Notes under the pieces: model-generated
Told to the model about the DNA's origin: nothing
What the model saw: the letters and a program-made list of their open reading frames with translations, nothing else
The model's database searches: none
Made by a program: the position numbers and the translations under genes
Part shown: positions 49,948-63,277 of the stretch, piece after piece
Position numbering within the stretch: position 1 is the stretch's first letter
Layout: each line of letters opens with the position of its first letter
From: Podarcis filfolensis
Taxonomy: Eukaryota
Strand: one strand, 5' to 3'
Assembly: GCA_964270895.1 (NCBI GenBank)
Contig: OZ185440.1
Length of the DNA: 64,000 bases

Positions 49948-51129
49948 CTTTTTCTTTTGCAGGTAACAACAAAGAGCAACTGAATTCAGCCTGGAAATCT
50001 GGAAAGTCACAGGAGAGATGCATACATGTGTAAGATGGGTAAGTATAATCCGATACATTCATTTTACAATATATTCTAATCATGAAGTCCAGATTTCTTT
50101 TTATGTGCAGGTAAAGAATCTTGTAGATTATTGGTAAAGTCCCAGTATATTGCATAGAAGTGCTCTGCAGAATCTTTGCCTTTAATTACACAAAGTTTGT
50201 GGGTTATTTTTTCAGCGATCACCAGTCTGCAAATCTTTGTACCATAATGCAAGAGTCAACTTTAACGTCTTCCATTTTTGTGCTGCAGAAATTCCGGCAG
50301 CTGCCAGCATCCAAGTAATAGCTCTTTTGAAGGACACTGCTTCATATTATTATCCCACATATTTAATAAATAAATAAATAAATGTGTGGGGTTGCTTGAA
50401 TCTGAAACTTAAATATGTCTGACATTTCTGCAAATATCTCTTTCATGGACATTCTCACCATAAAGGGAAAAAAGTTCCCTTTTGAGCACACCCTCCTCCA
50501 ACAGACCTGGGAAGGTTGAGAGTTTATGTGTGAGATCTGAACAGGAGTTTGGTGCCATCTATGTAATATTGTACTTTCAAAGAGTATTCTTGGATATAAG
50601 CAGATATTGACTCAAAGGGTTTACTTGAGCAAATACCATTCCACATAGTCTTCAATGTTGAAATTAAGGTCTCTTTCCTATGCAGTTTTCAGGCCAACTA
50701 ATTGGCCTGTAGTTGTGTAATAATTCATTATACTATACATGGTAGAGATCAAGCCTCTTCCTACATGCCCTTGGTTTAAGAGTATAAATTCAAATTTAGT
50801 TAACGGTCTGGTGGCTTGTGCAATTAAAGCATTATATGCTAAATAAGTGGGAGAACTGTATTTATTGTAACCAGTAGAGTCTCAAGTCACCTGTATTAAT
50901 TGTTAGTTGTTCTTTGGATATTGGTTTATCATTAGCATAAAAACTACAAAGTCTAAATAAATGTTTTTTCTTCCATAATAGGATGAGATTTCATAGAGCT
51001 GGATCTTGGACTTGGGTGTGAAAGCCAAGTGATGTTAAAGGTGAACACAAAGGAGATAGACATCGCTGCAACCTTTTCCATATTGTGTTCTTCGTATATG
51101 GGTTGCGGTATTTTATCTAAAATTGTTTT

Positions 51130-51830
51130 GGAAATTCAGGAGTACCCATATTTTATTTTATAACATTTAGTCTTTGAGGTCAATCCATTTCTTATTTGTT
51201 TTAGTGATGATAAAATTACATTGACATCGTTGGAATGCATCGTGAGATAAGGCTAGGTGTGGTAGCCCCTATCCACTCCCTTGATTTCCTGTAAAAAATA
51301 ATAATAATAGCCAGGCTGGACCACTTTTTTTTTTTACACAAACACAAACTTTTAAAGTATCATTTACCATTTCTTGAGTCAATTGGGTGGAAGTCAAATT
51401 AGAAGCAATTGGGAAGGATATAAAATTTTAGGTATTATCATCATTTGAATAAACACAGTTATGAAGTTGAAAGATGTAGTTTATCCCATCAACCCAAGGC
51501 TCCTAACTTTTTATAAGAGTATAATTTAAAATGTATAATTTATTCAATTTATATGCGATTTTTACCCCTAAAAATTAGTCCTACAATGTGGAATAGGTGT
51601 TTGCTGAAGCTTAATTTGCTCCATTGGGCCTATATTGTGGTACATGATCCATGATTTATTGAGATTGGTTTTAAGGCCTGCCATTTTTTCAAACTGACCT
51701 AATTCTGATTTTAGCATTGGTGTGGTGTCCAGTGGATTAGTTAACATGCAAATCATGTCATCAGCATAAATGCTCTTCATCCTTTCCTCAGTCACCGCTA
51801 ATATGAGGGTTGAATTGCAGTGAAATTGCT
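51130..51830 (-). mobile_element. Old L1-clade LINE ORF2 fragment
   Basis: ORF 51568-51795 contains YADD...GLKTNLNKS reverse-transcriptase motifs; downstream degenerate MIIPKILYP-like block. Confidence 0.8.
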
Positions 51831-52707
51831 AAAGGTTCTAGAGAAAAGGGAAAGAACAGTGAGGACAGAATATACTGTATCATTTATCTTGCATCTGATG
51901 GACAACATGGTTCAAAGCATCTGGAGGGCACTAGGATGGTAAAGGCTGGGCTATATTCTCAATTTTGAAACCATCTTCAGCCCCTCGCCTGGTCAGAGAA
52001 TGTTCTAGGGCCTTTTTAACATTCTGGTAGGTTTTATTACATTCTATGCTAGGAATGTGCTGCTCTTTTTCAGTTAGTGTGCCTAGGATTTGGGAATCAT
52101 TCTGAAATGTCGGCCAAATTATCACTTGTTTTGCGGGGAAATAACATTTTCCCAGCAATAAATAGCTTTTCTTGTTGTTGCTGGTAAAGAAAAAAAGAAA
52201 GGAAAGTGTTTCTTCTTCCAGACAGCATGTCAATTGCAGCAGCGTGCTTGATGTGGAATGTGGTTCTGGCATGTCAGAAGCACTTTTTGGTTAATGTCAG
52301 TGATGTCACTGGTGACAAGCACCACTCTTCCCCACCCCCTGGTGTTACTTTTAAAGTTGTTGTTGTTGAAGTTGTTTTAAAAAACATGTTTCTTAAAAAA
52401 AATCTTTTCAGGAGTTAAAGGTCTTTAATGAGCTTTCCTTCTGTAGCATAACAGCAGGAGTGCCAACTGCAGCCTTGTTAAATGTGTAACGAGCTGGGTA
52501 AACCCCATCAAGACTATTTCCTCCCTTGCAATATTGTCCTGACATTTCCTAATAAATTATAATCATAATAATATTCCCTCTAGACTGTGTGTTCCTCACC
52601 AATTCTGGAGTGCACAAACTTTGTTAAGTAAGTCAAAGAAAAACTCAAAATACAATACTCTAAAGTTGCAATCCAAAACACACTACAGAGTAAACATCAT
52701 TGAACAT

Positions 52708-52918
52708 AATTATTTATATTTATATCCCACATTTTCTCCAAGGAGCTCAAGGTGGTACACACTCCAGTTTATCTTCACGGCAATCCTGTTAAGTAGGTTA
52801 GGCTGAAAGACTGTGACTGGCCCAAGGTCAGCCAGTAAGCTTCATGACTGAATGAGAATTCAAACACTGCTCTCCCATGTCCTACCTAGTCCAACACTTG
52901 AGGTGCCACACCACATTA
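52708..52918 (-). mobile_element. MIR-related squamate SINE (Squam3-like)
   Basis: Similar to 27786-28001. Confidence 0.75.
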
Positions 52919-54224
52919 TTAGGACATTCTTTTGAGTCAATATATAATATATAGGGTTGTACCTAGGGACCTAGATGAAGAAAGGCATTAAGAACATAAA
53001 TTTCTGACAGTACGTGATATGCAATTTGCATTAAAAGGTCCTCTCTACATTCTTATGAAAAAAACAACAACCAACCTCAACAACTTACTTTGGCCCAAAA
53101 CAATTAAGAGCAAATTCTGAAAATGCTTGCAACCTAGTTTATTTTCCCCCACACGTGCTTAGTTTGTTCAAATATTGAGTTCTTCTGTGGCTTATTTTAT
53201 AGATCTTGTATTAAAGCCTATCTTATAACTCTGTTAATGTCACTGGAGTGGGTTTGTTTGTTTTGTTTTGATGAGTCATTCTGACAGGAGCATCAGGAGC
53301 CATTGAAGTAATGGCTTGAATCTAATCTTCCCTCATTAAAGCAGGTCGTTTAATAGACAGTCAGATTTAAAATATACAGTTATAGGGGAAAACGGGTAAT
53401 TCCGAAATAACATTCAGGCAGTTCACAATTTCAAATCATTTAAAAGTTGTATTTTCTTAGGCTATTTGCTGGAGGAAAAGGTGTCTGAACTTCAGCCGAG
53501 TTAATTTCTAATAACCAGAACCCACTCCTTGTCCCTTTCAGGGACTTTCACTGCAATATCAGTAGTAGCTGGCATTTTTCTTCGAAGCAAAAATAGTGGG
53601 GAGTTTTCCTTTAAGTTCCCAGGCCCAGCTAAGGTGCTATGCTCCTTTCATTACCACTGACATCACAAAGGAGACCACTCAGGCAACACTGGTAGACAGG
53701 TAGCCCTTAACATAGAAAGATATTCTGTGCCTCTCAAGACTGGAAAAGGACTTTCTCCAAGACTTTAGCTGTCTATTTATTTATTAACAGCATTCATGTC
53801 CTGCCTTTCTGTCTCAATAGGAGGGTCTCTAGGTAGTTGTTAGTTCAAAATGCCACAAGGCTCTCTGTTGTTTAGGCCTCGGTATGTTGGTTCCTCCCAC
53901 AGATATCACTGCTGTTGGCACTGACATTTAGAAGGTGGCTGCAGAAATGTCAAATCACCTATTTTATAATGTCTGTAATGTTAAAAGTGATTTGCCACCA
54001 ACACTATTCTATTCCCCCCCACACCTCATCCTTTCTTCAGGTTTTTTTTTTAGAATACGTAGACACAGAATTTAACATACTAGTAAGCTGAAGGGAGAGC
54101 AGGGTTGTGAGAGAGGAAGCCACGGGAAATGGAGGCTGATTAACATATGTCACACATCACCAGCTTGTATAATTGGGAAGGGGTGAGGGGAATTCTTTTA
54201 AACAAACAGTAAAGGGTGGATACA

Positions 54225-54594
54225 GGGACGCAGGTGGCACTGTGGTCTAAACCACAGAGCCTAGCGCTTGCCGATCGGAAGGTCAACAGTTCGAATCCCT
54301 GCGACGGGGTGAGCTCCCGTTGCTCAGTCCCAGCTCCTGCCAACCTAGCAGTTCAAAAGCACATCAAAGTGCAAGTAGATAAATAGGTACCGCTCCAGTG
54401 GGAAGGTAAATGGCATTTCTGTGCGCTGCTCTTGTTTTGCCAGAAGCGGCTTAGTCATGCTGGCCACATGACCCAGAAAAAATTGTCTGCAGACCAAGGT
54501 CAGCTCCCTCAGCCAGTAAAGCGAGATGAGCGCCACAACCTCAGAGTCGTTAGTGACTGGATTAACTGCCAGGGGTCCTTTACCTTTACCTTTT
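54225..54594 (+). mobile_element. Full-length Sauria SINE (lacertid type)
   Basis: GGGACGCAGGTGGCACTGTGGTCTAAACC head, (ACCTTT)n tail, 12-bp TSD TAAAGGGTGGAT at 54210-54221 and 54595-54606. Confidence 0.93.
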
Positions 54595-55829
54595 TAAAGG
54601 GTGGATGAGACAGAAGTATTTTGTGATTTTCGTTTTTATAAATCTCATCCGTGTCTGAGCTCTGGCGTCTTTCTTGACAGCTCAGTGGTTTCTGTACTTT
54701 TCTTCAGTGCTTAAATGCAGAACTCACCCAAGGCAAAACAGAGATGGTGTCCCTCCCTCCCCTAGTACCCAAGGCTGGCTGAGTTATTTTGACACCTGAG
54801 GCAGAAAATCTCACAAAACACTTCTCCTCAGGAATAATATATAATAACAATAAATTATTTATTGTCCCTTCGTGACTCTCACAACCGGCTGCCTCAGGTG
54901 GCTGCCTCACTCTGGCCTGCTGGAATGCAGAAACACATATTGATGAGCTAGTTTCTCCTTCCCCATAGCAGGTCTACGGCTTTTCCTATAACATGTATAT
55001 TGCACAAAGGAGGATTTGCATGGGTGACACACAGTTAGAAGCTATAGGATTACATTATAGAAAATGCCTTAAAAGCATTTGAAGACCTTGATGTTCCGGA
55101 CATCCCCCCTTCCTTCCTTAGGGACAATCAGGTTTGACTTTTATGACCATTGCCTCAGTCCTGTTAACATCCTGATTCGCTTAAGGCCACAGGGCCAATT
55201 TCACAGGCAAGTCTCTGTAAATACTTAGCCAAGCGCTGGCAATTCTTTTTAAGAATCATGATGTTTTTATGTTTATATCACCCCAGTAAATCTCTTAATA
55301 AAGTATTGTGTGAATTGGGTACTGAAGTTCTATTTGGTTCTTGTAACACGGGTGGGGCATGCCTTGCATTGACTGATCAACTGGATAAACTTGTAGTGCT
55401 TGATAAGAATCCAAAATTATTATTCAAGACCAACCTTCTTCTTATGCAATATTTATCTCAAGTTTATTCTCTTCTCTTACTAACTGACACAATGGATGTT
55501 TTCCCTAACATTTTAAGCTGTCCTAAAATTTACATGATGTGGCCTATCCCAATGCAAATGGTATGTCAGGAAGCATTCTGCTTAGACAAAGCCTCAGTGT
55601 CCCATTTATCTTATGTAAAAACAACAAAAAATGACTAAAAATAAAATAAAATAAATAGTGAACACTCTGTTTGGGCTAATCAAGAACAGCAAGTAGCTTC
55701 TTCTTTCTTAGTGTAGCTTCTGATCCAGACCCATGTGCATATAAACCTGGCAGAAAACACCAAATGCTTCACATGTAGGACTGAAAGTTCCATGATATTT
55801 TCCTTTTAAGCATGCTTCTTCCACATCAC

Positions 55830-55925
55830 TTCCTACCTGACCTTTTCAGTGCAAGACACCAGGAATTGAACCAGGGACTTTCCCCACACAAAACTTGTGT
55901 TCTGCCACTGAGCTGTGGTCCCTTC
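55830..55925 (-). mobile_element. tRNA-like SINE head fragment
   Basis: Reverse A/B boxes: GGGACCACAGCTCAGTGGCAGAAC...GGTTCAATTCC. Confidence 0.6.
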
Positions 55926-56356
55926 TTCTCCCCAGTATGTACGTCAGCTGGAAGTGTGGAAGCTGGCCTCAACAGACATCTCAAAGGTACTTGTTTCCAC
56001 TAGGGATTTCTCAGTACTGAAAAGGAGGACTGCTGTGTGTTGCTTTAAGCTATGTTTAAATCCTTTTTTCTGTTGACGACGGCATGGGCATAGCATTCTC
56101 TGTTCCACCTCTTTCTTGTTTTCTCTGTGCATCTCCTGCTCCATCTCTCAATCCACTTGCAGCTTTCTCCTCTCCTCTCATGATCACTTGCAGGTTTCTC
56201 TTTATTTCATATCCATATCAATTTTTTATCCTCTCTCTGGGCTGCCTCAATCCCAGGCTCAGTGAAATAGCTGTCCACTTTCCATCCAAATACACAGGGA
56301 GAACAGTATTTTCTTACCTTTATATGTTGCTTTTCTTCCATCATGGAACGCATCAT

Positions 56357-56414
56357 GTAATTCCTAGGTGGCTACCCATCCAAGCCCTGACCAGACCCAG
56401 ACATGCTTAGCTTC
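56357..56414 (-). pseudogene. 5S rRNA-derived fragment (SINE3-type head or 5S pseudogene)
   Basis: About 42/55 identity to recalled vertebrate 5S, including box A (AGCTAAGC) and box C (TTGGATGGG). Confidence 0.7.
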
Positions 56415-57092
56415 AGCCAAGTGGTTGCCCAATGTGCTTTCAGAACATACCTTGGTTCCATGACCACATTCTCCTCCCCCTCCTGCATAACCCTGTTTGT
56501 CTCCAAAATTCATCAACTAGTTGAGTAAATTGGGCATTTGGATGGAGAAAAGGATATAGATAGATGGGAAACATTTAAACTAGTCTGCAAGGCAAGCTTC
56601 TGTTATAGAGGAGCAGACTTATAGCAAGGTTGCAATCCTATACCAAAACTGTCCTGTGGCTGCACATTGTAAAGGGAGGTTGCAGAAACTTGTCCATCAC
56701 TATGGATATTTGCATCAAGGCACTGTCAATAAGCTTTCAAGAAACCAGACTTTTCCAGAACAGAGTTCTGCTTTTCAAAAATATATTTACATCTCATCTT
56801 TTCAGGATGTTCCATGCAGCTAAGCATTATAATAAATACATATCTCTTCAGTTGAGAGGAACTAAAGTATCATGTCCCTAGCCTTACCCATCCCTGGCTT
56901 TCAGGGGAGCCTCCCTGGAGTGGTCTAATTATTAAGAGTCAGTCTCAGAACTGTTGAGGAAATGAGTGTGTGCCTCCATTCTAAACAGCAAAACTTTCCC
57001 CTAGCTTACAGGGAAAGAGACCATTTTACCTGCTTTGTAGCCCAACATGTTCAGCTCCACTTTACTCCGCACCCTTCAAAGATGCAAGAAAC

Positions 57093-57238
57093 AGCTGGAT
57101 AGCTCAGTCAGCTAGAGTGTGGTGCTGATAATGCCAATGTTGCGGGTTTGATCCCTGTAAGGGACAGCTGCATATTCCTGCATTCCAGGGGGCTGGACTA
57201 GATGATCCCCAGTGTCACTTCCAACTCAATGATTCTAA
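57093..57238 (+). mobile_element. tRNA-Ile-derived SINE with CR1-type tail
   Basis: Head resembles recalled tRNA-Ile (TAGCTCAG...GTGGTGCTGATAATGCCAA); same tail as the SINE at 40158. Confidence 0.82.
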
Positions 57239-58095
57239 GAAAGCAGAATGAAAGCAGATTTCATGGAAGGCTACCAAGTTTCCACTCTGTGGGCACATCA
57301 TTACAGTACCTGTTCATGTTCTTGGATCAATATGACTTTATGCAACTCAAAGTGAGCAATGGTATCAGTCTTTTCCCACATGGCATTCCTACAGCACTAA
57401 TACGAACTCTGCACAACTCATCCAGGCTCACTCACACCCCTGTCAATTGCAGTTAAGTGATGTGTTTGTGATGAAGCCTCATGAGCTTGTTGTTTGCAGG
57501 GATTAAGTACACTGCACAATAAAATATGATATTCTCCAAATAATCCCAGGATGGATATTAAGTAAGGTATCTGTCTGCACATAGATACCAGATAGTAGTG
57601 ACAACAAAAACACACCCAGCTGTGGCATGGCACCATTGGGATCTGTATAGATAAGCTGCAACTTCCTCAGATGACAACAGGTGGCCTCTTACGAGTTTTT
57701 GTGAAAGAGTGGTACCTAAAGCCCAGAATACAGATATGTCTGCACATTAAACTATGAAAGCACACCATGTGCTGAGGTTAGCTAGTCCATAGCTGCCCAA
57801 TGTGGTTGAAAATAAGGTTATATACACAAGGCCTAGAGTATCTATTTTCACCCATTTGACTTTTTATGTGGAAATACAGTATAAAGGTGCTCCAGTTTCC
57901 TTTTCTCACAGGAACTGCTCCTTATAAATCTAGGAGCTGATTTTTTCTGTGTGATTTCACCAGTAGCTGTTTGCTAACTATGGAAGCGACTCCAGGAACA
58001 AGTTGCACCAATCTGTAAGCATCCCTCTGCCTTTTCACTTGAGGGGAGGGGAGGGAGGGAAACACAGACACAGAAATCCAGACGTCTTTTATAGT

Positions 58096-58101
58096 TTTAT
58101 T
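58096..58101 (-). terminator. ST3GAL3: AATAAA with downstream GT-rich tract, candidate distal ST3GAL3 poly(A) site
   Basis: AATAAA followed about 25 nt later by TTTCTGTGTCTGTGTTT on the minus strand; further overlapping AATAAA at 59128-59138. Confidence 0.5.
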
Positions 58102-61100
58102 GCTTCCATGATATGAATAAGTCACAAGTGACTTGGAGGCTCATACATCACACCACCTCTTTCTTAGCTAAAAAGAAAGTTCAAACAATAGAAACTGCAC
58201 AATTTAATAAAACTATGCATGTTTCAAGCACATTAACAGGGTGGGCCCCTTCACCATCCACCGCAATGTGGTTCAGTCCCTCTGTAGGATGGGCCAGCAA
58301 AGACCCAGAGCTTACTCTAGTACTTTGTACTCCTTGAATGATATAGAAAGACTGTGTTTCTAAACTGTTGATGCCAGGGCAGGTGACTGATAGTGAATGG
58401 CATGAACAAGGCTCTCTCTGTGAGATCTGTAAAGCACGTCGCCAGCCTCTGTCCATAACAGCTGCAGGCTCACTAGGCTAGCAAAGTTACCTAGGAAGGA
58501 TTTGCTGTATTCCCACTGAAGCCTACGAAACAACTTGTAAAGTGAAGTTTCTGACATTGAAGAAATAGTCACAAAAATGGAACAGGCATTTAGTAATTAT
58601 CACAAACAATTAAGTTTTCGCATTATTTCTGTAGGAAATGCCTGAAGGCAACTGTAAAGCTCCCAGCTATGATGATCAGACAAATGGTATACATCAGTGG
58701 GTAATTCCAGTGTAAACCACATTCCTTCAGAGTCCAAGGCTAAGGGAAATCAGGGAGCAGCAGAAGATCCTGCTATCTATCTCCTGTGCAACATCTTCCC
58801 CATCCCAAGGTATGCTATTGCTGGGTTACCTTGGGTAAAGTACTCTCTCCCTGTTTCAGTTCAGCTATCTGCAAATTATAGAACTGCAACATTTAATCTA
58901 TTAACTGGTTTGATTACTCAGTTAAAACACTGAAGAAGTGTCCAGATTAATTTGGCAGATTTTTTTTTTAAAAAGTATTACATTTAATACAAATACTTGT
59001 AAGAAATAGTGATGCCAAGCATAATCTTAACAGAGGCATCATCCTTTCCCATCAAACAAGAGGGAATGCCTCTTCTAAGATGATTTCAGCAATGACATAC
59101 ATGTGCACTGAGCAACGGAAGCATGATTTTATTTTATTTTTTGCTTCTGAACTATATACAAATCTGATTAATTGACTGAAACTCATATAATAAGCTTTCT
59201 TCTTAACTGGGTGACAGCCCTACTAAAATTGGAAGAATTGCAAATTTTACATGATTATTATGAAGTTGAGAGAAATAAGATTTGTAAAATATTAGGAATA
59301 CTCAGTTTTACCCTTTTGCACGTGCAGTTGAGTTAACATTTGCCAATGAGCAATGTCTGTTTTTCTCCTCTGGGTAGCAACCCTAGCTCAGAATGGAGGT
59401 GGACTGAGGGCATAGCCTCTGTGTATCAGTGATCCTTTCCTGACAAATGTTCCTCTTTTGCACATGTCGTAGGAACGGTACATGTCTAATGGGATAGAAA
59501 GTGCATGCACTTAGGGGCAGCAAATGCACTAAAATAGCATAGATTGGCAGGAAAGAGAGTTCAACCCACCTCTTATCACTCTACCATTACATCCAGAAAA
59601 GTGGCAGTGGCTCCATTTCCACTCTGAGAATCCACAAGTGTAGCTCTCTGGCCAGGACCCTGAGGTAACTGATCCAGGGCAGGATAATAAAATGGACTCA
59701 ACACAGAGCACAGGAACTAACAACATTATCATCTTAATACTTTTTCAGCACATCACTCTTGATGGACTAATGCCATAGCCTTGCTTTCTGTGTGGCTTGA
59801 TTGCCAATAGGAGGCTTAGCACTGGTCAATATGGTGGAGGCCTGCTCCCCAATTCTACAACTTGTTCACACTCTTTGGGCCTATCAGAACACACACATAC
59901 CTCCCATCCAGGCTATGTACAGTGATGAATGAATGACATATTTTTCAGAAACTTCTATAATCTTGGAAATTTCTCATTGATTCATGTAGCTGAAATAGCT
60001 CTCCCAGGAACGCTGCAAACCCAGCTTTAGAAACTACGGAAGTGGACGTTAACATGATTTGAGTACCAGTTCAAAGTGAACCAGTGTGACTTGGGGAAAA
60101 CAGAGCATTTGGGGGCAATTATGCTCCACTCTTCTGGCCTGGGCAGCAATTCCAATTCAGTTTTGAATCTCACAAGAAAGCATTCAAGTAGGCAAAATTT
60201 GGATGGATATATATTTTTGCCCAGCTGTGTTGCTGGATGCTTAGCAAACCAGGTCTGACATTTCTGAAAACTATCAGGAGGTTAGTGGAGCAGATAAACA
60301 AATAATAGAGATGTATTCAAATGTGCTAATTCCAATACAAGAAGGGCTGGCTACAAATTCAATACTTCACACTCCAGCTCATTACTCTCAGCCAACAAGG
60401 GCCAACAAACAAAGCAGCCATCCTCCACTATGAGGAGCTGCCATTCAAGCCTGACACACTTTGATGCACATGCAAGGAAAACTGCACACTTGGGAAGCTC
60501 TGCCAGGCTCAACTCAACTCCTGCCCAGAGTATGTCAGCTTGTGCGTTTTGGGTCAGTAAAAGTTAAAAATGCCAACATTCAGGAAATGCTTTTACCTTA
60601 CGTAGTCCTACAGAGGTACAGGGTCAGTGGAGGCAGAGGTTGACTAGCCTGGGGACTTAAGTTAGCTCTTGTATCATTAACTAATTCCGTAACTATGCTC
60701 TTACCTTTCCAAATGACCCTGAAAAACAATTATGGAAATGCACACTCACATTGCAGAATACAGGGTAACACCACTGGCATACACAGAATAAACATTCTTC
60801 ATGTCTATCTGCATAACAAGAGTTGTTCAGATTATCATATCCTCTCTGTGCAAGGAAAGGCAAGCCAATGATTTTAATGCACTGTTGAACCTCACATCAA
60901 TGCAAAATATATTTGTATTTTAGAAGAGGAGGGGTAAGAGCCCCTGAGAAAGCTTCTTGGGTGCACAGATCCCCAGACAAATGATGCCATTTGACCCTTC
61001 CCACTGTTTGGTCACTTTGCACAATATATTTCTAACTTTTCCAAAACAAATGGAACACACTTGTGCAAATAATGCATCTGACACTTAGGGCACAGGAATA

Positions 61101-62212
61101 CAAATACCCCTCTCTGTCCCCTTTAAAAGGATGCAGAAGGATTTGGTAACAGACTGAGTTAAACACCTGACACATGGAAGCTAAAAATGGGGTAATTGCA
61201 GGCCAGGCAATTTCTATCAGTATCTCCAGAGGAGCTTAAACACTATCAAGGTAGTAACCACTTAAAATAGAATACAACCGAATGAGTGTAAAATTTCTGG
61301 CAGCATTAGTTGCTGAACACTGGTGAAACTTCATATTTTAGGACAATTTCTGACCTGATCCAAAAATAAATTATTCCCTCCCCAAGCAAAAAAACAAAAC
61401 CAAAAAAGTACAGAACACTTCAGAACCATGATGCAGTTGCCACAGAAAACAAATATTTTGGGGTTTCTTCCAGCAGGGCCTGTGGCTAACCTACCAAACA
61501 GGTAGAAATCCCCCAACACATTGATGTGAGTTCTGTGAACAATGGCTAAAAATGAAGCCTGGTGAATGTTGGCAGCAGTGGCTGCTGCATGAGAAGCAGG
61601 GAGTCTGAAGATCCAATAGACCTCTCAATTGCTCCATCTAGGGCAAAGTGAGGCCACAATACTTTTAAATTATAGCAGCACCAACAACAGACAATTCTTG
61701 GACGGATTCAAGCCCTGCAAAGGGGCTGTGGCTGGCACAGAGGCAGGCTAAGTGCAACACCAGGTCAGGTGTCCCATGGGGCTGGTGCACAGGCCAGGCT
61801 CCACTTGATATATTTAGTGTGATTCTCAAGAGTTTCTTTATATATATATATATATGTATGTATACATATAAAATAATGCATTGGACATTCAAACACTGCT
61901 GCCTCTGGCCTGGCTCCTGTTCCCATTTGGCACAATTTTGTTTTGTTTTACCACTCTGTTTGTTCTCTCCAGTGATATTCCATCTCAAGAACAAGATCCT
62001 CTTGCAGTTCCGAGTGTGTGACCTGCCCCCTCAGGCCAATAGCCGCTGCTCCCCTGTGAGCCCTGATGCAGGCAGGCAGAGCAGGCCAGGGAGACTTTTC
62101 AAGGGCACCGTGTGTCTCTAAAAAGCCGGGATTCTTGCCAAGGACCTCTTGCTGCCCTTGTCCTCAGCTGTATGCATGTAGCTGTGCAATTCCGCACACT
62201 GGCTGCGCCTCC

Positions 62213-62302
62213 TCATATTCCACTGGTGAGGTCTGTGATTACTCGAGCTTTCACCAGCTTTCGTAGAAACTCCTTCTCCCGCTGTATATTGTGCGTCCAG
62301 GA
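62213..62302 (-). CDS. ST3GAL3: ST3 beta-galactoside alpha-2,3-sialyltransferase 3, last coding exon (SWTHNIQREKEFLRKLVKARVITDLTSGI*)
   Basis: CAG acceptor at 62303-62305, TGA stop; matches the recalled ST3GAL3 C-terminus; missed by the ORF track; synteny. Confidence 0.96.
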   Translation of the reverse strand, partial: SWTHNIQREKEFLRKLVKARVITDLTSGI

Positions 62303-62607
62303 CTGCAGGGGGTGGGGAGTGGAAAAGGAAAGAGAAAAAAAGAAGAACAAGTGAAGAAAAAGTCAATCACTGCCCCATTTCAGGTTTGTAAAGCTCTATT
62401 GTTAGTCTCAGAGCTCCGATCACAGAGGCCAGATCCAGACATTGCCCTATACAGGTGCATTCAAAGGCTTTTTGCTCTTGAGGCATCATTGTGACACTTA
62501 AAAAAAAAGGGGGGGAATAGCTGCTCAGCAGCCACATGTCATGGTGCAGCATGCTTTCTCTTAAATTAATCCAAAATCCTTTGCCATATTATTGCTATTA
62601 TTTATTA

Positions 62608-63277
62608 CCCCTGAAGGACCAGGTGTGCAGCCTGGGAGTCATTTTGGACTCGCAGCTGTCCATGGAGGCGCAGGTCAATTCTGTGTCCTGGGCAGCTGTT
62701 TATCAGCTCCATCTGGTACACAGGCTGAGACCCTACCTGCCTGCAGACTGTCTCGCCAGAGTGGTGCATGCTCTGGTTATCTCTCGCTTGGACTACTGCA
62801 ATGCACTCTACGTGGGGCTACCTTTGAAGGTGACCTGGAAACTACAATTAACCCAGAATGCAGCAGCTAGACGGGTGACTGGGAGCGGCTGCCAAGACCA
62901 CATAACATGGGTCTTGAAAGACCTACATTGGCTCCCAGTATATTTCTGAGCACAAGAGTTGGTGCTGACCTTTAAAACCCTAAAGGGCCTCGGTCAAGCA
63001 TACCTGAAGGAGCGTCTCCACCCCCATCATTCTACCCAGACACTGAGGTCCAGCACTGAGGGCCTTCTGGCAGTTCCCTCACTGCGAGAAGCCAAGTTAC
63101 AGGGAACCAGGCAGAGGGCCTTCTCAGTAGTGGCACCCACCCGGTGGAACACCCTCCCATCAGATGTCAAAGAGAACAACAACTACCAGACTTTTAGAAG
63201 ACATCTGAAGGCAGCCCTGTTTAGGGAAGCTTTTAATGTTTGATATATTACGGTATTTTAATATTTTGTTGGAAGCC
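62608..63277 (+). mobile_element. L2 LINE 3' fragment in the last ST3GAL3 intron (non-functional)
   Basis: ORFs 62536-62949 and 62959-63243 give LVISRLDYCN...LQLTQNAAAR...LHWLP...FRRHLK, typical L2 ORF2 C-terminus, with an in-frame stop between them. Confidence 0.93.

Noticed and set aside
57093-57168. Functional tRNA genes (here and at 40158)
   Set aside because: Mutated B-boxes and stems, and fused to CR1-type tails; these are SINE heads.
59221-59234. 14-nt match to U6 snRNA (TACTAAAATTGGAA)
   Set aside because: Flanks do not match U6; consistent with chance.
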